From: an uncultured Actinomycetes bacterium
GTDB lineage: Bacteria; Actinomycetota; Thermoleophilia; UBA2241
Assembly: GCA_963725665.1 (NCBI GenBank)
Contig: CAVRZA010000006.1
Coordinates: 1 to 64,000 of the forward strand
Length of the DNA stretch: 64,000 bases
Direction of reading: 5' to 3'
This document shows positions 11,412-22,262 of this stretch, piece after piece (within the stretch, counting starts at the first letter, position 1; every line of letters starts with the position of its first letter). Both the position numbers and the translations under genes were made by a program. The notes beneath the pieces were generated by a model that was not told the DNA's origin, ran no database searches, and saw only the letters and a program-made list of their open reading frames with translations.

Positions 11412-12579
11412 ATGGCTACGCAAGAGAAGAAGTTCCACACGGTACCGCTGGATTGGAAAGAGGTGTACTACACCAACTGTCCCCTCGTGTCGGCCAGCAA
11501 CGTCGACCAGGAGCTGGGCTGGACCCGCGAGGAGTACAAGAAGATCGGCGTGAAGTACGCCTTCCTGCGCTCCGTCCGCGAGAACGACTGGTACCCGCAC
11601 TACATCCACAACCTCGACAACCTGTTCCGCTTCGGCGGTCTGTTCCCACCGGTCCACGTTCACGCCGACATCCGCAGGACCAAGCTCCTGGGGTCGACGC
11701 ATGTCCCACGAAGGCGGCTGCATGCTGGTGCGCGCCAGGGACGACATCTACCGGATGACCGAGCTGCAAGGGCAAGAAGATCGGCCTCACGAAGAGCCTG
11801 AACACCATCAAGAACGACTGGTGGCGCATCCAGGAGGAACAGGGCATCGAGCTGATGCTCCGCGTGAACGGCATGACCCGCGACGACGTCGAGATCGTGG
11901 AGTTCCCCTATGCGGATGACTGGTACGACAAGCCGGAGATGCTGGAGCCCATGGAGAACCCGTCCGAACTGTGGCTCAAGCGTGACCACAAGCACGACCT
12001 GGCCTTCCGTCCGCTGGAAACCGGCGCTCGAGAAGGGCGTCGTCGACGCGATCTACACCCAGAGCAAGCCCTTCCAGCATCTCCAGGAGGCGACGGGGAA
12101 GTTCAAGGCCATCGAGGACCTCTCCAGGTATCCGGACTGGACCCTGCAGGTGGCCAATATCCCGGCGGTCATCACCTGCACGGCCGAGATGGCCGAGCAG
12201 CACCCCGAGCTCGTCGTCACGTTCATGAAGGGCATGATCAAGGTCGGGCGCTGGAGCAACGAGCACAAGCGCGCCGCCGCGGCGATCCTCGACAAGCAGA
12301 CGTTCTACCTCGACGTCGAGGACACCTACCAAGGCATCAAGCACGTCGACATGGTGCCCAACCTGTCACCCCAGAACCTGGCCTCCATCGAGATCGGCAA
12401 GGACTTCATGCTGAGCCACGGCTACATCAAGCACGACTTCGACGTGCATGAGTGGGCCGCACCGGAGTTCTTCGAGAAGGCGGCGGAAGAACTGCTCGAG
12501 GAAGAGTGGAAGAAGCGGAGCTCGGCGAAGCTGCCCGAGGCGACTGAGCTGCGAGGTGTCTACGACACGGCTCGGGTAG
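11412..12579 (+). CDS. DszB-like (aryl-sulfinate desulfinase / SsuA-fold) protein (frameshifts ~11700, ~11770, ~12020)
   Basis: YTNCP, HYIHNLDNLFRFGGLFPP and RTKLLG resemble DszB YSNCP...HFTYDRDDYTRFGGEIPP...RTRLLG (from recall); no signal peptide. Confidence 0.72.
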
Positions 12580-12805
12580 TCGGGAGGAGACTTGCGCGGG
12601 CTGCGGCACTGGGTGCCACTCGGCCGTTTCGGCTGAAGCGGCGCGAGCCCGTCCCGCGCCGTCCCCTTGCGCACATGGTGGTCACAGGACATGAGTCGCA
12701 CACAGTAACCCTTCGGTAACGGACACGGCCTTCGCGGTGCCAGGCTCCTCGCGAGGCCCCACCCGGCCGCCCCACGTTGGCGTGCCGAGCGAAAGGAGAG
12801 TGGCG

Positions 12806-13580
12806 ATGACCCCCAAGGCGAACCAAGGCGGGCTCGACACCGAACAGTTCGCCGAGCTTACGGAGCTCATCAAGGGCTCGAAGAGCATCGAGATGAAGCT
12901 GACGATCCCCCCTGAGAGTAACCGCGCGGCGATCGAGGCACTCGGCCTCGATCCGCTCGACGGTCAGATCAGGCTGGTCACCTTCTTCGACACCCCTGAC
13001 CTCACCCTCAACCAGGCCGGCGTCGTGGTGCGCTGCCGCCGTATCCAGGGCAAGGGCGCCGACTCCGTGGTCAAGCTGCGCCCGGTCGTGCCCGACGACC
13101 TCCCCCCCCGAGCTGCGGCGCCTGGACACCTTCGGCATCGAGGTCGACGCCATGCCGGGCGGCTTCGTGTGCTCGGCGTCGTTCAAGGGCGTCGCCTACC
13201 CCGACAAGGCGAAGCTGGCCAGCCTCGGGCAGGCTCCCGTGCGCAAGGTGTTCAACAAGGAGCAGCGCGCCTTCTACAAGGCCCACGCGCCGCAAGGTCT
13301 CGAGCTCGATGACCTCTCCGTGCTCGGACCGATCTTCGTGGTCAAAGTGCCCTTCACGCCGGAAGAGCTCGCCCACAAGCTGGTCGTCGAGCTGTGGCTC
13401 TACCCGGACGGCAGCCGCATCCTCGAGCTCTCCACGAAGTGCACACCGTCCGACCTCATCGACGTGTACACCAACGTGCGCCACTACCTGATCGAGCGGG
13501 GCGTCGACCGCCACGGCGAGCAGCAGACCAAGACCAAGCATGCACTCGAGTTCTTCGCGAACGGCCTCAAGACGGCCTGA
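12806..13580 (+). CDS. CYTH/triphosphate tunnel metalloenzyme-like protein (frameshift in C-run ~13102)
   Basis: SIEMKLT (ExK), FFDTPDLTL, VVVRCRR, VVKLRP, ILELSTK, QQTKT. Confidence 0.75.
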
Positions 13581-13637
13581 TCCCCAGAACCTCGTCGACC
13601 AGCTCGATGGACCGTTCACAAACGAAGGAGGCATTCC

Positions 13638-14021
13638 ATGGATGAGCAAGCACGGAGCAAGGGCGCCAACTACGCCATGTTCGCCGGTATCTGGTTCTTC
13701 ATCGCCGGCGGCTTCAACATCATCTCCGGTCTCGCGGCGCTCGCGAAGAAGGAGTACTTCGCCAACGGCGACTACCTCTACAACAACCTGCAGGCCTGGG
13801 GCTGGGCCTGGCTCATCATCGGCGTGATAGGCCTGCTCGTCGGCTGGCTGATCCTGAGCGGCAGTCGCGCCGGCAGGTTCGCCGGCATCATCATGGCCTC
13901 CATCGGGATGCTGGTGTGGTTCTTCTCTCTCGGCATCCAGCCGTTCTGGGCGATGGTGAACCTGGTCGTCTACGGCCTCATCATCTACGGGCTCACGGTG
14001 TACGGCGACGTCTTCGAGTGA
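13638..14021 (+). CDS. Small 4-TM membrane protein (DUF7144-like)
   Basis: 127 aa hydrophobic ORF, WGWAWLIIG, GGAGG RBS. Confidence 0.75.
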   Translation: MDEQARSKGANYAMFAGIWFFIAGGFNIISGLAALAKKEYFANGDYLYNNLQAWGWAWLIIGVIGLLVGWLILSGSRAGRFAGIIMASIGMLVWFFSLGIQPFWAMVNLVVYGLIIYGLTVYGDVFE

Positions 14022-14057
14022 GGGTGTTACGGCTCCGGGTGTAGTTCTCGCACGGAC

Positions 14058-14101
14058 GTGTGTGCGACGGGGGCGCCGAGGCGCGCCCCCGTCGCACACA
14101 C
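14058..14101. terminator. 19-bp perfect hairpin
   Basis: GTGTGTGCGACGGGGGCGC-N6-GCGCCCCCGTCGCACACAC. Confidence 0.6.
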
Positions 14102-14280
14102 CGGAGGGATGATCGCGCCGGCGTGAAGCGGCGAGGCGAACCAGCCAGGGGGCGAACCTGCTCGCTCCCTTGTACGCATGGGTGACCATCTGGTAACTTC
14201 TGCCTTCAATCGCTTCACGTCATGGAGGAAGACGACGGGCCACCCGGCCCGGCCCGCCACACCACGAGAACGGAGAGACT

Positions 14281-14571
14281 ATGTGCTGCCTCTTTACCCT
14301 GCTCTTTCTGCTCGGCGCGCGGGCGGTCGACATCGTCTGGTGGATCGCGCAGCCGTCACGCTGGGACCTCGCCTTCAGCAGCTGGCTCTGGCCCGTCCTC
14401 GGCATCGTCTTCGCGCCATGGACCACGATGATGTGGGTGATCGTGTCGCCCGGCGGCGTGAACGGGCTCGACTGGCTCTGGGTCGGGCTCGCCGTAGTGG
14501 TCGACGTCAGCTTCTGGGGCGGCGGGGCGTGGGGCAACCGTGGCCGCATCCCCGGTTCGCAGACGGCGTGA
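14281..14571 (+). CDS. Small Trp-rich membrane protein
   Basis: 96 aa, WLWPVLGIVFAPWTT, GGAGA RBS. Confidence 0.75.
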   Translation: MCCLFTLLFLLGARAVDIVWWIAQPSRWDLAFSSWLWPVLGIVFAPWTTMMWVIVSPGGVNGLDWLWVGLAVVVDVSFWGGGAWGNRGRIPGSQTA

Positions 14572-14605
14572 CCGAAGCCGCGACGACACAACGAGGACTG
14601 GACTG

Positions 14606-14773
14606 ATGCCTCTTGGCCCAGGACGCAGAGGACCTGGTGTGATCGGCCGACCGGTCGCCCGCACCGCCGCCGTGGTCGGCACCGCCGCCGTGGTGGCAGA
14701 CGGCGTGGGCCGGCGGCAGGATCGCCGCGACCACCGCCGGGACGACCGCGACGACCGCCGCGATAGACGCTGA
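14606..14773 (+). CDS. Small peptide with Arg/Asp-rich tail (55 aa)
   Basis: MPLGPGRRGPGVIGRPVARTAAVVGTAAVVADGVGRRQDRRDHRRDDRDDRRDRR; GAGGA RBS. Confidence 0.6.
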   Translation: MPLGPGRRGPGVIGRPVARTAAVVGTAAVVADGVGRRQDRRDHRRDDRDDRRDRR

Positions 14774-14866
14774 GTAGCTCCGGCTCGGGCCCAGCCCGGC
14801 GTTGCGGTTCAGGAGTGGCCGGCCGAGGTGAGGGCGAAGGCCGGACCTCCGCCGGCAAGCCAAGGC

Positions 14867-15672
14867 TCAGACGCCCGAAGGCTCGGCCACGACGATCATC
14901 GCGGGTGATCCGTCCGCGAACGGCGAGCGGTCGTAGTCGCCGTAGAGAGCGACGACGCGGAAGCCGGCGCGCACGAGCAGATGCTCGAGCTCGTAGCGGA
15001 ACACGTAGCGCAGGGGGAACGTCTCGCTGAGGCGCCTCGTGGCGCCGTCGGCGGCGATGATCTCGTAGGTCACCTCGCACTCGCTGCACTGCAGCGAGCG
15101 CTGGTAGCCGATCACGGTCATCCACCAGCGGATCCGCCGGCCGCCCGTCCAGTCGACGAGCTGAGCGGTCGCTTCGCCATCGGTCGGCTCGTCGCCAAGG
15201 GCGTAGGACGGCGGCGCCGGATCGGGGTTGGGCAGGTCGAGCACGAGCCTGCCGTGCGGCAGCAGGTGGGCTGCGGCAGCGCTCGAGACAGGCGAGCTGC
15301 TGCTCCACCGTGCGCAGGTGCTGGAAGCCGGCGAAGGGGACGGTGATCAGCGCGAAGCGGCGGTCGAGCTCGAACGACGTCATGTCGGCCACGAGCAGTC
15401 GGACGCGTTCGCGCACCTCCGGTGGCTCGGCCTGGAGGTTGGCGTGACAGCGCTCGAGCATGTGGGGCGCGAGGTCGAGTCCGGTGATCTCGTAGCCGGC
15501 CCGCGCCAGCGGGAGCAGCACGCGGCCCGTCCCGCAGCCGAGCTCGAGTATGGGACCGTCACCCGCAGCCGCGGCCATCGCTTGCCAGAAGGCGGCGTCG
15601 TCGCGGTCGGCGTAGATGGCGTCGTAGATCGCGGCGAGCTCGGCGGTCTGCAGGGCGTCTGTGGTCGTCCAT
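14867..15672 (-). CDS. Class I SAM-dependent methyltransferase (frameshifted)
   Basis: ILELGCGTGRV, GLDLAPHML, ADMTSF, HL(L)PHGRLVLD. Confidence 0.85.
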
Positions 15673-15913
15673 GCCTGCCTCGCTTCTCGTAGTGTCCGGG
15701 AGCTACTCGACGTCTCCCGTTACCCTTTGGTTACCATCGAGGAGTGCTTGCCTACCATGAAGGAGCTGGTTCAGGTTACTATACGAAGCTCAGGGGTATC
15801 AGCCACGTACTGTGCCGGCGACCATGACGCCAGGCACGCAGGGGCGGTTGACGTGAGGCCGAGAACGGCTCGCGTCAGTCGAAGGCTCGTGCATACGGAC
15901 CAGGGAGGAGAGC

Positions 15914-16183
15914 ATGCCATTTCTTTTGCGCGCTGCCATCGTAGGCGGAGCTGCCTACCATGTCGGCAAGACGAGGCAGGCGGGGCGTGACCAGGAGGCC
16001 GCGCAGCAACAGCAGATCGACGACCTGCAGGCTCAGCAGGCACAGCAAGCGGCGCCGGCACCGGCTCCCAGTGAAGAGGACAGTATGGCCAAGCTGGCGC
16101 AGCTCAAGTCGCTGCTCGACCAGGGCGTGCTCACGCAAGCCGAGTTCGACATGCAGAAGCAGAAGATCCTGATGAGCATGTAG
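15914..16183 (+). CDS. SHOCT domain-containing small protein
   Basis: C-terminal LAQLKSLLDQGVLTQAEFDMQKQKIL. Confidence 0.85.
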   Translation: MPFLLRAAIVGGAAYHVGKTRQAGRDQEAAQQQQIDDLQAQQAQQAAPAPAPSEEDSMAKLAQLKSLLDQGVLTQAEFDMQKQKILMSM

Positions 16184-16217
16184 GCGGCTGGGACGCGACT
16201 TACCGCAAGGAGGAACA

Positions 16218-16713
16218 ATGGCACTTGGTCCGGTACAACTTCTGCTCGTGGGCTTCGGCCCGGACGCCAAGTTCACCGGCACCGCGCTCGACGAGCTTCA
16301 CCGTCTGCGGGAGCCGACGTCGTGCGCCTGGTCGACCTGCTCGATCGTGGCCAAGGACGACGAGGGCAACGTCACCAAGGTGGAGATCGCCGACCAGCCC
16401 GGAGCTGCAGGAGTACGGCGCCGTGGCCGGCGCCCTGCTGGGCTTGGGCGCCGCCGGTGAGGAGGGCATCGAGGCCGGCGCGGTCGCCGGCGCCGAGGCG
16501 ATGGCCGGCGGCCAGATGTACGACGCCGAGGACGTCTGGCTCCTCGCCGACCAGATCCCGCCCGGCATGACGGCGGCTATCGCCCTGCTCGAGCACCGCT
16601 GGGCGGTCCCGCTTCGCGGAGCGATCACGGACAATGACGGCGTGATCCTCGCCGACGAGTGGATCCATCCCGAAGACCTCGTGCGCTACGGCGCCGAGGC
16701 TGCGGCAGAGTAA
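16218..16713 (+). CDS. DUF1269/DUF6325-family protein (frameshifted)
   Basis: MALGPVQLLLVGF, GAVAGALLGLGAAG, IPPGMTAAIALLEHRWA. Confidence 0.75.
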
Positions 16714-16744
16714 GGCCAAGCCGAGCAGAAGGCCAGCCGCGAGG

Positions 16745-16786
16745 GGGGGCGGGTCGGAGTTGTCGTACGCTCTCCGACCCGCCCCC
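16745..16786 (+). terminator. Hairpin terminator candidate
   Basis: GGGGGCGGGTCGGAG-N12-CTCCGACCCGCCCCC, followed shortly by TCTTT. Confidence 0.55.
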
Positions 16787-16872
16787 GCCCGTCTTTGCGC
16801 TTCGTCCCGTCCGAAGCTCGCCGACGCCACCAGACGTTTGACGCCCTCTTCTCGCAACTCGGACCATCACGT

Positions 16873-16901
16873 TTGACGTTAATCACGCAAGACGTTACTA
16901 T
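16873..16901 (+). promoter_or_regulatory. sigma70-type promoter of higBA, likely leaderless
   Basis: TTGACG-N17-TACTAT ending 7 nt before ATG 16909; no Shine-Dalgarno. Confidence 0.65.
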
Positions 16902-16908
16902 CCGACCC

Positions 16909-17187
16909 ATGATCGTCTCGTACAGAGACGCGGACACGGAGGGCCTCGCTGCAGGTCGGCGCATCAAGCGGTTCGCGACTATCGAGTCGGTCGCACGACG
17001 CAAGCTTCGACAACTGCAGATCGCAGGGCGGCTCGACGACCTCCGCGTGCCTCCAGGAAACCGGCTCGAGGCGCTCAAGGGCAATCGCGCGGGGCAACAC
17101 AGCATCCGCGTGAACGATCAGTTCCGCGTGTGTTTTCGGTGGACGGCGGCCGGTGCCGAAGACGTCGAGATCGTCGACTACCACTAG
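16909..17187 (+). CDS. higB: HigB (RelE/ParE-like) toxin
   Basis: MIVSYRD...DLRVPPGNRLEALKGNRAGQHSIRVNDQFRVCFRW...VEIVDYH. Confidence 0.92.
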   Translation: MIVSYRDADTEGLAAGRRIKRFATIESVARRKLRQLQIAGRLDDLRVPPGNRLEALKGNRAGQHSIRVNDQFRVCFRWTAAGAEDVEIVDYH

Positions 17188-17198
17188 AGGTGAGGACG

Positions 17199-17498
17199 AT
17201 GAGAAAGCTGAAGCCCGTGACACCCGGTGAGCTGCTGCTCGAGGAATTCCTCGTGCCCATGGGGATCTCGCAGTACCGGCTGGCCAAGGAGATCGGCGTG
17301 CCGCCGCAGCGCATCGGCGAGATCGTCGCCGGCAAGCGCTCTATCACGGCCGACACTGACCTGCGACTGTGCCGGTTCCTAGGCCTCTCCAACGGATACT
17401 GGCTGCGCGCCCAGGCAGCGTACGATACTGAAGTGGCAGAAGACGCCCTCGCCGAGGCGCTTGCGAAGATCAAGCCCTGGGCCGGGACTGCCGCCTGA
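17199..17498 (+). CDS. higA: HigA antitoxin (HTH XRE)
   Basis: TPGELLLEEFLVPMGISQYRLAKEIGV, KRSITADTDLRL, YWLRAQ; lies downstream of the toxin. Confidence 0.92.
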   Translation: MRKLKPVTPGELLLEEFLVPMGISQYRLAKEIGVPPQRIGEIVAGKRSITADTDLRLCRFLGLSNGYWLRAQAAYDTEVAEDALAEALAKIKPWAGTAA

Positions 17499-17653
17499 GC
17501 TGCCCGGTCGACGCCACCAAACGTTTGTCGCGCTGGTACGCGGCCGGTAACGTACCACCAACCTAACGGGTCGACGGCGGCTCTCCGAGGCTTTGCTTCG
17601 GTCGGGCTGACGCGCCTCTCGCATGACGGTTACTGACCAAGGAGGCTGAGGTC

Positions 17654-19048
17654 GTGGCACTCAAGCACCCCAAAGGGCCCGGCAAGAGGAGCGACAAACC
17701 CGACCTCGCGATCGACCCGACCTTCACGCTCGAAGGCACGATCCCGCGTGACGAGCTGCCGGCGAGCGAGACGGCCCCTCAGGTCGCCTACCAGATCATC
17801 CACGACGAGCTGATGCTCGACGGCAACGCGCGCCTCAACCTGGCGACGTTCGTCACCACCTGGATGGAGCCGCAGGCCCAGCAGCTCATGGCGGAGTGCT
17901 TCGACAAGAACATGATCGACAAGGACGAGTACCCGCAGACGGCCGAGCTCGAGATGCGCTGCATCAACATGCTCGGCCGCCTCTGGCACGCACCCGACGC
18001 CGAACAGGCCACGGGCTGCTCGACCACCGGCTCCAGCGAGGCGGCCATGCTCGGCGGCCTGGCGCTCAAGCGCCGCTGGCAGCAGAAGCGCCGGGCCGCC
18101 GGCAAGCCGGCGGACAAGCCCAACATCGTCATGGGCATCAACGTCCAGGTCTGCTGGGAGAAGTTCGCCAACTACTGGGACGTCGAGATGCGCCTCGTCC
18201 CCATGGAGGGAGACCGTCTCCACCTCTCCGCGGAGGAGGCCGTCAAGCGCTGCGACGAGAACACCATCGGTGTCGTGCCCGTTCTCGGCTCGACGTTCGA
18301 CGGTTCCTACGAGCCGGTCGCGGAGATCTGCGCCGCCCTCGACGAGCTGCAGGCGAAGACGGGCCTCGATATCCCGGTGCACGTCGACGGCGCCTCGGGC
18401 GGCTTCGTCGCCCCCTTCATCGACGAGGAGCTGGAATGGGACTTCCGCCTGCCGCGCGTGGCCTCGATCAACGCCTCCGGCCACAAGTACGGGCTCGTGT
18501 ACCCGGGCGTCGGCTGGATCGTCTGGCGCGACGCCAAGGCGCTGCCCGAGGACCTGATCTTCTGGGTCAACTACCTGGGCGACAACATGCCCACCTTCGC
18601 GCTCAACTTCTCGCGCCCCGGGGCCCAGGTCGTGGCCCAGTACTACAACTTCCTGCGCCTCGGCTTCGACGGGTATCAGCGCGTACAGGGCTACGCGCGC
18701 GAGGTGGCCACGCGCCTCTCGTCGGAGATCGCCGCCCTGGGCCCCTTCGAGCTACTCACCAAGGGCGACGAGCTGCCCGTGTTCGCCTTCAAGCTCAATG
18801 ACGACGTCGACAACTACTCCGTCTTCGACGTCTCCAACGCCCTGCGCGAGCGCGGCTGGCTGGTGCCCGCTTACACCTTCCCGAAGCATCGCACCGACCT
18901 CGCCGCGCTGCGCATCGTCGTCAAGCGCGGCTTCAGCCACGATGTGGCCGACCTGCTTATCAAGGACTTCAAACGGCAGCTCCCGCGGCTCGAGAAGCAG
19001 CCGGAGCCGGTGCACGATGAGGCGTCGGCGGGCGGCTTCCACCATTAG
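17654..19048 (+). CDS. gadB: Glutamate decarboxylase (PLP-dependent)
   Basis: NLATFVTTWMEP, DKNMIDKDEYP, HVDGASGGF, SGHKYG (PLP lysine). Confidence 0.95.
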   Translation: MALKHPKGPGKRSDKPDLAIDPTFTLEGTIPRDELPASETAPQVAYQIIHDELMLDGNARLNLATFVTTWMEPQAQQLMAECFDKNMIDKDEYPQTAELEMRCINMLGRLWHAPDAEQATGCSTTGSSEAAMLGGLALKRRWQQKRRAAGKPADKPNIVMGINVQVCWEKFANYWDVEMRLVPMEGDRLHLSAEEAVKRCDENTIGVVPVLGSTFDGSYEPVAEICAALDELQAKTGLDIPVHVDGASGGFVAPFIDEELEWDFRLPRVASINASGHKYGLVYPGVGWIVWRDAKALPEDLIFWVNYLGDNMPTFALNFSRPGAQVVAQYYNFLRLGFDGYQRVQGYAREVATRLSSEIAALGPFELLTKGDELPVFAFKLNDDVDNYSVFDVSNALRERGWLVPAYTFPKHRTDLAALRIVVKRGFSHDVADLLIKDFKRQLPRLEKQPEPVHDEASAGGFHH

Positions 19049-19120
19049 TACAGACGACATACTTGCATCGCCGTAACCGAGCGTACGTTGTGAACGGCAC
19101 AAGGACCATGAGGAGGCACC

Positions 19121-22030
19121 ATGGGTGACAACTACGACGTCATCATGGCCGGCTACCCGGCGGTGGAGGCGGCCCAGAAGGACTTCGACGGGCTGGTGCA
19201 GCTCGTCAAGGACAAGAAGGTCAGGACCGAGGGCGTGATCCTCGTCGAGCACGACGAGGACGGCCAGGTCAAGGTCAGCCAGACCGGCGACCACCTCGGT
19301 CGCAAGGGCATCGGCTGGGGCGGCGGCGTCGGCCTCGTGGTCGGCCTCTTCTCGCCGCCCCTGCTGGGCTCGATCGTGGTCGGGGCCGCCGCCGGCGGCT
19401 CTGATCGGCAGGTTCGCCAAGCACAAGGTCGAGAGCGGCCTGGAGAGCGGCCTCGGCGACAAGCTCAAGCCGGGCACCGCCGCGTCATCGCCATGGTCGA
19501 CGACGACGACCGCCTGGCCGCCGAGCAGGGCGCTCGCCGGCACGCCGGCCAAGTCGGTCGTCCACGATGGACAAGAAGGGCGTCAGGGGCCTCAAGGACG
19601 CGCTGGCCGAGGCCGCGCTGAAGTTCGTCCCCGACCGCACCGTGCTGCCGATCCCCGACAAGGCCTTCGGCGGCACCGCCGGGCGCACGCTGCGCGACTC
19701 GGTCGCCGACTGGTCGATGATCCCCGGACCCAAGGCGCCCGAGGGCGCGCCCAACGTGCTCGTCGTCCTGATCGACGACGCCGGCTTCGGCGCCATCGAC
19801 ACCTTCGGCGGCCCGGTCAGCACGCCCGCTTTCACCCGCGTGCAGCAGATGGGCCTGACCTACGACAAGTTCCACGTCACGGCCGTGTGCTCGCCCACCC
19901 GGGCCGCGTTGCTGACCGGCAGGAACCAGCACCGCGTCGGCTTCGGCTCCATCGCCGAGTACCCCGGCCCATTCCCCGGCTACACCGCCGCCAAGCCGCG
20001 CAGCTGCGCCGGGTTCCCGCGCGTCCTCAAGGAGAACGGCTACGTGACCGGCGGCTTCGGCAAGTGGCACCTGACGCCCGACAACGTCCAGGGTGCGGCC
20101 GGCCCCTTCGACCACTGGCCCAAGTCGTGGGGCTTCGACCACTGGTGGGGCTTCCTCAGCGGCGCCGCCGGTCAGTACGACCCGATCATCACGCAGGACG
20201 ACTCGACGCTCGGCGTGCCCGAGGGCAAGGACGGCAAGCTCTACTACTTCCCCGACGACATCACCGACAAGGCCGTCGAGTGGCTGCACGCCGTCCGCGC
20301 GCAGGACGCCCAGAAGCCGTGGATGATGTACTACTCCACCGGCTGCGCGCACGCCCCGCATCACGTCGCCACGGAGTGGGCCGACAAGTACAAGGGCAAG
20401 TTCGACGGCGGCTGGGACAAGCTGCGCGAGACGACGCTCGAGCGCCAGAAGAAGCTCGGCATCGTCCCAGAGGACACGGAGCTGACCGAACGGCCGGACG
20501 CTCTCCCGGCGTGGGACTCGCTCACCGACACTCAGAAGAAGCTCTACACACGCCAGATGGAGGTCTATGCCGGCTACCAGGAGAACGCCGACTGGAACGT
20601 CGGCCGGCTGCTCGACGCCGTCGAGGAGATGGGCGACCTCGACAACACGCTGATCTTCTACATCTGGGGCGACAACGGCGCCAGCATGGAGGGCACCACG
20701 ACGGGCTCGTTCAACGAGCTGACCTTCCTCAACGGCCTCGTCCTCGACGCCGACGAGCAGACGAAGTTGATCGAGAAGTACGGCGGCGCCGAGGCGCTCG
20801 GCGGCCCACACACGGCTCCCCACATCGCCTGCGCCTGGGCACACGCCTGCAACACGCCGTTCCGCTGGGGCAAGCAGATCGCCGCCTACCTCGGCGGCAC
20901 CCGCGACCCGATGGTCGTCGCCTGGCCGAGCCGCTTCAAGGCGGACACGACGATGCGCTCCGCAGTTCACGCACGTGATCGATGTCGGCCCGACTATCCT
21001 CGAGGCGGCCGGCATCCCGGAGCCGAAGCTGGTCGACGGGATCGAGCAGGAGCCGATGGACGGCACCAGCTTCCTCTACACGCTGGACGACGCGAAGGCC
21101 GCCGAACGGCACGCGCAACAGTACTTCGAGATGTTCGGCAGCCGCGCCATGTACAAGGACGGCTGGTGGGCGGCGTCCAACCCGACGCGACTGCCGTGGG
21201 ACGTCTCCCCGGCGACGCTCGCCCAGTTCGGCCCCGACGCCGATTGGGACCCGGACAGGGACGTCGGCTGGGAGCTCTTCTACCTGCCCGACGACTTCTC
21301 GCAGGCCCATGACCTCGCTGCGCAGCATCCGGAGAAGGTCAAGGAGCTCCAGGAGCTGTGGTGGCAGGAAGCCGAGCGGAACCGCGTGCTCCCGCTCATG
21401 GGCGGCATGTCGGTGATCTACGGCATCCTGCCGCCGCTGCCCACCATAACCCGGCTGCGGTTCGCCGGCGACGTGCAGAACGTGCAGCGCGGGATGACGC
21501 CCCGGATCCAGGGGCGCTCCTACGCCATCGAGGCGCAGCTGCACGTCCCGGACGGCGGCGCCGAGGGCGTCATCGTCGCCAACGCCGACTTCATCGGCGG
21601 CTACGCACTGTGGGTCGACGAGAAGGGTCTGCTGACCCACACCTATTCGTTCCTGGGCGTGGACACCTTCAAGCAGGTGTCGAGTGAGCCGATCCCGACG
21701 GGCGACGTGACCGTGAAGCTGCTCTTCGAGTCCGACGCGCCCAAGCCCGGCGCAGGCGGCAGGGTGACGCTCTGGACGAACGACAAGCAGGTCGCCGAGG
21801 GCCGGCTCGAGCACACGGTGCCGATCGCCTTCACCTCGTACTCCGGCATGGACATCGGTCGTGACAACGGCCTGGTCGTCGACCTCGCCTACGAGGACAA
21901 GGCGCCGTACGCGTTCACGGGCACCGTCAAGGAGGTCGTCTTCGACCTCAAGCCGCACGTCCACGAGGATGAACACGAGCTGCACCAGCACGCCGCGCAC
22001 CACGCGGTCGCGGCCGGGGTCGCCGGCTGA
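19121..22030 (+). CDS. Arylsulfatase with N-terminal DUF1269-like domain (several frameshifts)
   Basis: N-terminal GIGWGGGVGLVVGLFSPP; PNVLVVLIDDAGFG, CSPTRAALLTGR formylglycine motif, GKWH, GDNG; C-terminal LamG-like region. Confidence 0.85.
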
Positions 22031-22072
22031 ATCGGAGTCGGTGGGGCGCCGCCCTCTCCTCGCGAGACGACG

Positions 22073-22153
22073 GCGGCGGGGAGGGGGCTCAGCCCCCTCC
22101 CCGCCGCGATTGCCTGCACAACGTCAGGGCGGGGTGGCATCGCCACCCCGCCC
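22073..22153. terminator. Tandem GC-rich hairpins
   Basis: 22073-22107 GCGGCGGGGAGGGGGCT/AGCCCCCTCCCCGCCGC and 22127-22153 GGGCGGGGTGGC/GCCACCCCGCCC. Confidence 0.55.
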
Positions 22154-22262
22154 AGCGTTTGGCTTCGCCACCTCACCGCGCAGAATGACAAGGTGACCCC
22201 TGTCCCCGACGTCGTCGTGATCTCGCCGACGCCCCTGACCGCTATCGATCGAAGGAGCAGAC

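Noticed and set aside
13095-13115. C-run in the CYTH gene as a phase-variation switch
   Set aside because: Cannot be distinguished from a homopolymer sequencing error given the window-wide indel rate.
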